DNA from: Desulfuromonadales bacterium
Lineage (GTDB): Bacteria > Desulfobacterota > Desulfuromonadia > Desulfuromonadales > SZUA-540
Assembly (NCBI GenBank): GCA_033549025.1
Contig: JAWSUS010000011.1
Coordinates: 27,831 to 91,830 of the forward strand
Reading direction: 5' to 3'
DNA: 64,000 nucleotides
A program made the translations under genes and the position numbers. This document shows positions 61,611 through 64,000 of the stretch, piece by piece (position 1 is the first letter of the stretch; each line of letters begins with the position of its first letter). Under the pieces are notes generated by a model. That model made no database searches and was not told where the DNA came from. It saw only the letters and a list, made by a program, of their open reading frames with translations.

Positions 61611-62303
61611 CTACCAGGGAAGCTCTACCCCGCGGTAGTCATAAAAGCGCCCGTTATCTTTGGGATCCAGCTCCAGCAGTACCCGGGTCAAACCGGCGGC
61701 GCTATCCTCCACGCTTAACGGGGCCTCATCCCCTCCCATGCGGGTGCGAACCCAGCCGGGATGGAAAACCACCGACAGAATGCCCCTTGCCGAGAGATCC
61801 GCCGCCAACCCTCTCACGATCATATGCAGTGCTGCCTTGGAGGAGCGGTAGGCGTAATATCCCCCGGAGGTATTCTCCTTCAGGCTTCCCATCAGCGTGC
61901 CCATGCACGCCAGAATCTTGCGCTCACTTGCGGCCACGTGCTCAACGAAAGCTTCGGCCACCTTCAGCGGCGCCAGTGCATTGATGCGGAAGACCTCAAG
62001 GTACTCCTCGACGTTCGTATCACCGAAGTTCTGACCCTGGGGTCCTTTGACGCCGGCATTGTTGAAGAGAATATCGAGAGGCTCGTTGCTGAGCTCGCCA
62101 GCCACCCGGGCGATCGCTGTTTCATCCGTCACATCGAGGCGAAGAATACGAACGTCATTATTGCCCGACGCCAGGAGGTTCAATTCCTCGGCGCTTTCTG
62201 GAGACCTGCAGCAGGCGAAGACCTGCCAGTTGTGTCCGACGAAGGACCGGGCCAGTTCCAGGCCAATACCGCGGTTGGCTCCGGTAATCAGTATCGATGG
62301 CAT
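61611..62303 (-). CDS. Short-chain dehydrogenase (CsgA/C-factor-like)
   Basis: TGANRGIG, NNAG, YRSSK, HPGWVRT. Confidence 0.92.
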   Translation of the reverse strand: MPSILITGANRGIGLELARSFVGHNWQVFACCRSPESAEELNLLASGNNDVRILRLDVTDETAIARVAGELSNEPLDILFNNAGVKGPQGQNFGDTNVEEYLEVFRINALAPLKVAEAFVEHVAASERKILACMGTLMGSLKENTSGGYYAYRSSKAALHMIVRGLAADLSARGILSVVFHPGWVRTRMGGDEAPLSVEDSAAGLTRVLLELDPKDNGRFYDYRGVELPW

Positions 62304-62717
62304 AGGATTCTCCTTTCCTTTGAGGCAGAAGGGTTGTGCCGGGTCAATGTGTCGCTGTTTTACTCAAACACATATGCCCTATTTGGCAACCGCATGTGAT
62401 CAGAAAGCCATCGCCTTTACAGACTCCTCAACAGGCAGAGCATGAACCCCTTAGCGCTGATCGGTGTTGGCGTCTTGCCGTCTTTTCGCTGTCCGTGATC
62501 ACGCTGCAACCGGAACGGTGCAGCGGTTCCCGCAGGAGAAAACGGCAAAATAATGCCCGTGGGTTTCCTCTTCAAGAAGGGAGTGATGGATGCCATGCAA
62601 AGGCGGCGTGACGATCAACCGGGCCTGCATCCGTTCCACTTGGCTCGGCCGACGTAGGGTGCTTCGATAAAAAATGGTGGGGTGGCGTTTCGTGTTTTGA
62701 TGTTGACAGATGAAGCG

Positions 62718-63394
62718 TCACATCGGCTTTCGGTCCAGCCCCCGATACTGCACCGCTTCGGCCAGATGCGGCTGGCGGATGTTTGCTTCACCGGCCAAAT
62801 CGGCGATGGTCCGCGCTACCTTGAGGATGCGGGCGTAGGAGCGGGCCGACAGGCCCAGGCGGTCGGTGACCATCTCCAGCAGCTGGTGGCCTTGCTCGTC
62901 GACGGGGCAAAACTTGCGGATGTGGCGGGCCTGCATCTGGGCGTTGGCGAACAGGCCGAAGCGGGCCAGGCGCTCGCCTTGCCGCTGCCGGGCGGCGTTG
63001 ACCCGGTCGCGGATGGAGGACGACGGCTCGGCCTCGGTCGGGTCGGCCAGATCCTTGTGAGCGACCCGGGGGACTTCGACGTGCAGGTCGATGCGATCGA
63101 GCAGGGGGCCGGAGAGGCGGCTGCGATAGCGCTGGATCATGACGGGGGTGCAGGAGCATTCCCGCAATGAGTCGCCGTAAAAGCCGCAGTTGCAGGGGTT
63201 CATGGCGGCTACCAGCATGAAGGTCGCCGGAAAACTCAGGGTGGTGGCGGCGCGGGCGATGGTGACGTGACCGTCCTCCAGGGGCTGTCGCAGCATTTCG
63301 AGCACATTCTTCTTGAATTCGGGCAGTTCATCGAGAAAGAGGATGCCATTGTTGGCCAGGGAAACCTCACCCGGGCGGGGAATGGCGCCCCCGC
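62718..63394 (-). pseudogene. comM: 3' fragment of comM (YifB Mg-chelatase-like ATPase) cut by a transposon
   Basis: [52 protein letters not shown]; homology stops at 63394 and an in-frame TAA lies just inside the foreign DNA. Confidence 0.93.
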
Positions 63395-63403
63395 TGACAA
63401 ATG

Positions 63404-63528
63404 CAAAAGTTTATGCGACAATACAAGATAATCTAATAATTTTTTCGCCCGATAAATTCAAAAGATGTTGCGACAAGTCAAGAGACTGTGCGACTAGTTA
63501 TTAAAAAGGCGGAAGATCGTGCGACGAG
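63404..63528 (+). repeat. Four putative TnsB-binding direct repeats
   Basis: AAAAGTTTATGCGAC, AAAAGATGTTGCGAC, AAGAGACTGTGCGAC, GGAAGATCGTGCGAC (TGCGAC at 63414, 63469, 63489, 63520). Confidence 0.8.
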
Positions 63529-63535
63529 TTGACTG

Positions 63536-63924
63536 ATGCCTGTAAGGAAAATACCTAAAAATTATCGGAATATCACCGGCCGAATTGCGGTCTCAGACGG
63601 GTCTGAGCCTAAAGGGTTCGAAAGCAGTCTGGAGAGAGATTTTCTTATCCTGCTTGATTTCGACATTACTGTGGTCAGGTTTGAGGAACAGCCGGCAACC
63701 ATTTCATATAACGATCAGGAGGGTCGAGCCCGAACTTATACCCCTGATGTCCTAGCCTTCTACAGAACGGATATTCCTTTTTCTCGGAAAAGGGTCCCTT
63801 GCCTGTTTGAGGTGAAGTATCGGGAGGACCTCAAAAAAGGCTGGAAGGAATTTAGGCCAAAGTTCAAAGCGGCAATTCGATATGCCAAAAAGCGCGGATG
63901 GAAATTCAAGATAATCACCGAGCG
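63536..63924 (+). pseudogene. tnsA: TnsA endonuclease N-terminal part, interrupted by an IS
   Basis: ESSLERD, EEQP, YTPD, EVK, F.IITE motifs; frame runs into an IS end after about 130 codons and stops at 63964. Confidence 0.85.
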
Positions 63925-64000
63925 TGGGGCGGCTCCAGTTTTCTTGGACACTGATTTGGGATAATATTCCCATGTCCAAGGAGGTTGAAAATGACCGAAC
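63925..64000 (+). mobile_element. Left end of an IS3-family-like insertion sequence with probable orfA start at 63991
   Basis: TGGGGCGGCTCCAGTTTTCTTGGACAC resembles IS3-family terminal repeats; AAGGAGG plus ATG about 65 bp inside. Confidence 0.7.

Larger units (their letters stand above)
63395..64000 (+). mobile_element. End of a Tn7-like (Tn6022/AbaR-type) transposon inserted in comM, continuing beyond the window
   Basis: Terminal TG at 63395, four AG-N4-TGCGAC repeats, AT-richer DNA, tnsA immediately inside. Confidence 0.88.

Noticed and set aside
62718..63305. 195-aa ORF as an intact gene
   Set aside because: Internal GTG of the split comM; homology continues upstream to the junction and no transposon-supplied in-frame start exists.
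63404..63528. Short repeats as a CRISPR mini-array (CAST-like)
   Set aside because: Repeats are short, degenerate and irregularly spaced at a transposon end, which fits TnsB sites; no cas gene is visible.

Overview
GC-rich bacterial chromosome segment. Gene order and protein style point to a Desulfuromonadales/Geobacterales-type deltaproteobacterium (inference). About 1-16.7 kb is core, probably origin-proximal DNA: gyrA 3' end, TPR protein, gpsA, cyclophilin, EEP protein, nth, PBP1A, a diheme lipoprotein, pyk, queC, folE2, a cluster of three DnaA boxes, and tolQRAB-pal-cpoB. About 17-30 kb is a nitrate-respiration/NO-stress block: narC-GHJI-narK, a PAS protein, a ferritin-like protein, an MFS pump, DUF488, DUF6448 and ric. 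The same TTGAC-N4-GTCAA palindrome precedes nar and ric. About 30-40 kb holds a CusCBA-type efflux system, an AI-2E transporter and a sulP-usp pair. About 40.7-56.5 kb is a stress-type island. A CheB-CheR fusion, a receiver-less sigma54 activator and a sensor-less histidine kinase sit there, and the last two share one N-terminal coiled-coil module. Two copies of an upstream-repeat plus -24/-12 promoter precede DUF4398/OmpA, CsbD, BON, cls, small membrane proteins, a GH13 enzyme and a B12 radical SAM gene. About 57-62.3 kb holds korAB-type oxidoreductase, ADP-ribosylglycohydrolase-like, DsrE-like and SDR genes. The window ends in comM split by a Tn7/Tn6022-like transposon end with four TnsB-like sites, whose tnsA appears to be interrupted by an IS3-like element. 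No rRNA, tRNA or CRISPR array was seen. All calls come from reading motifs by eye; no database searches were run.
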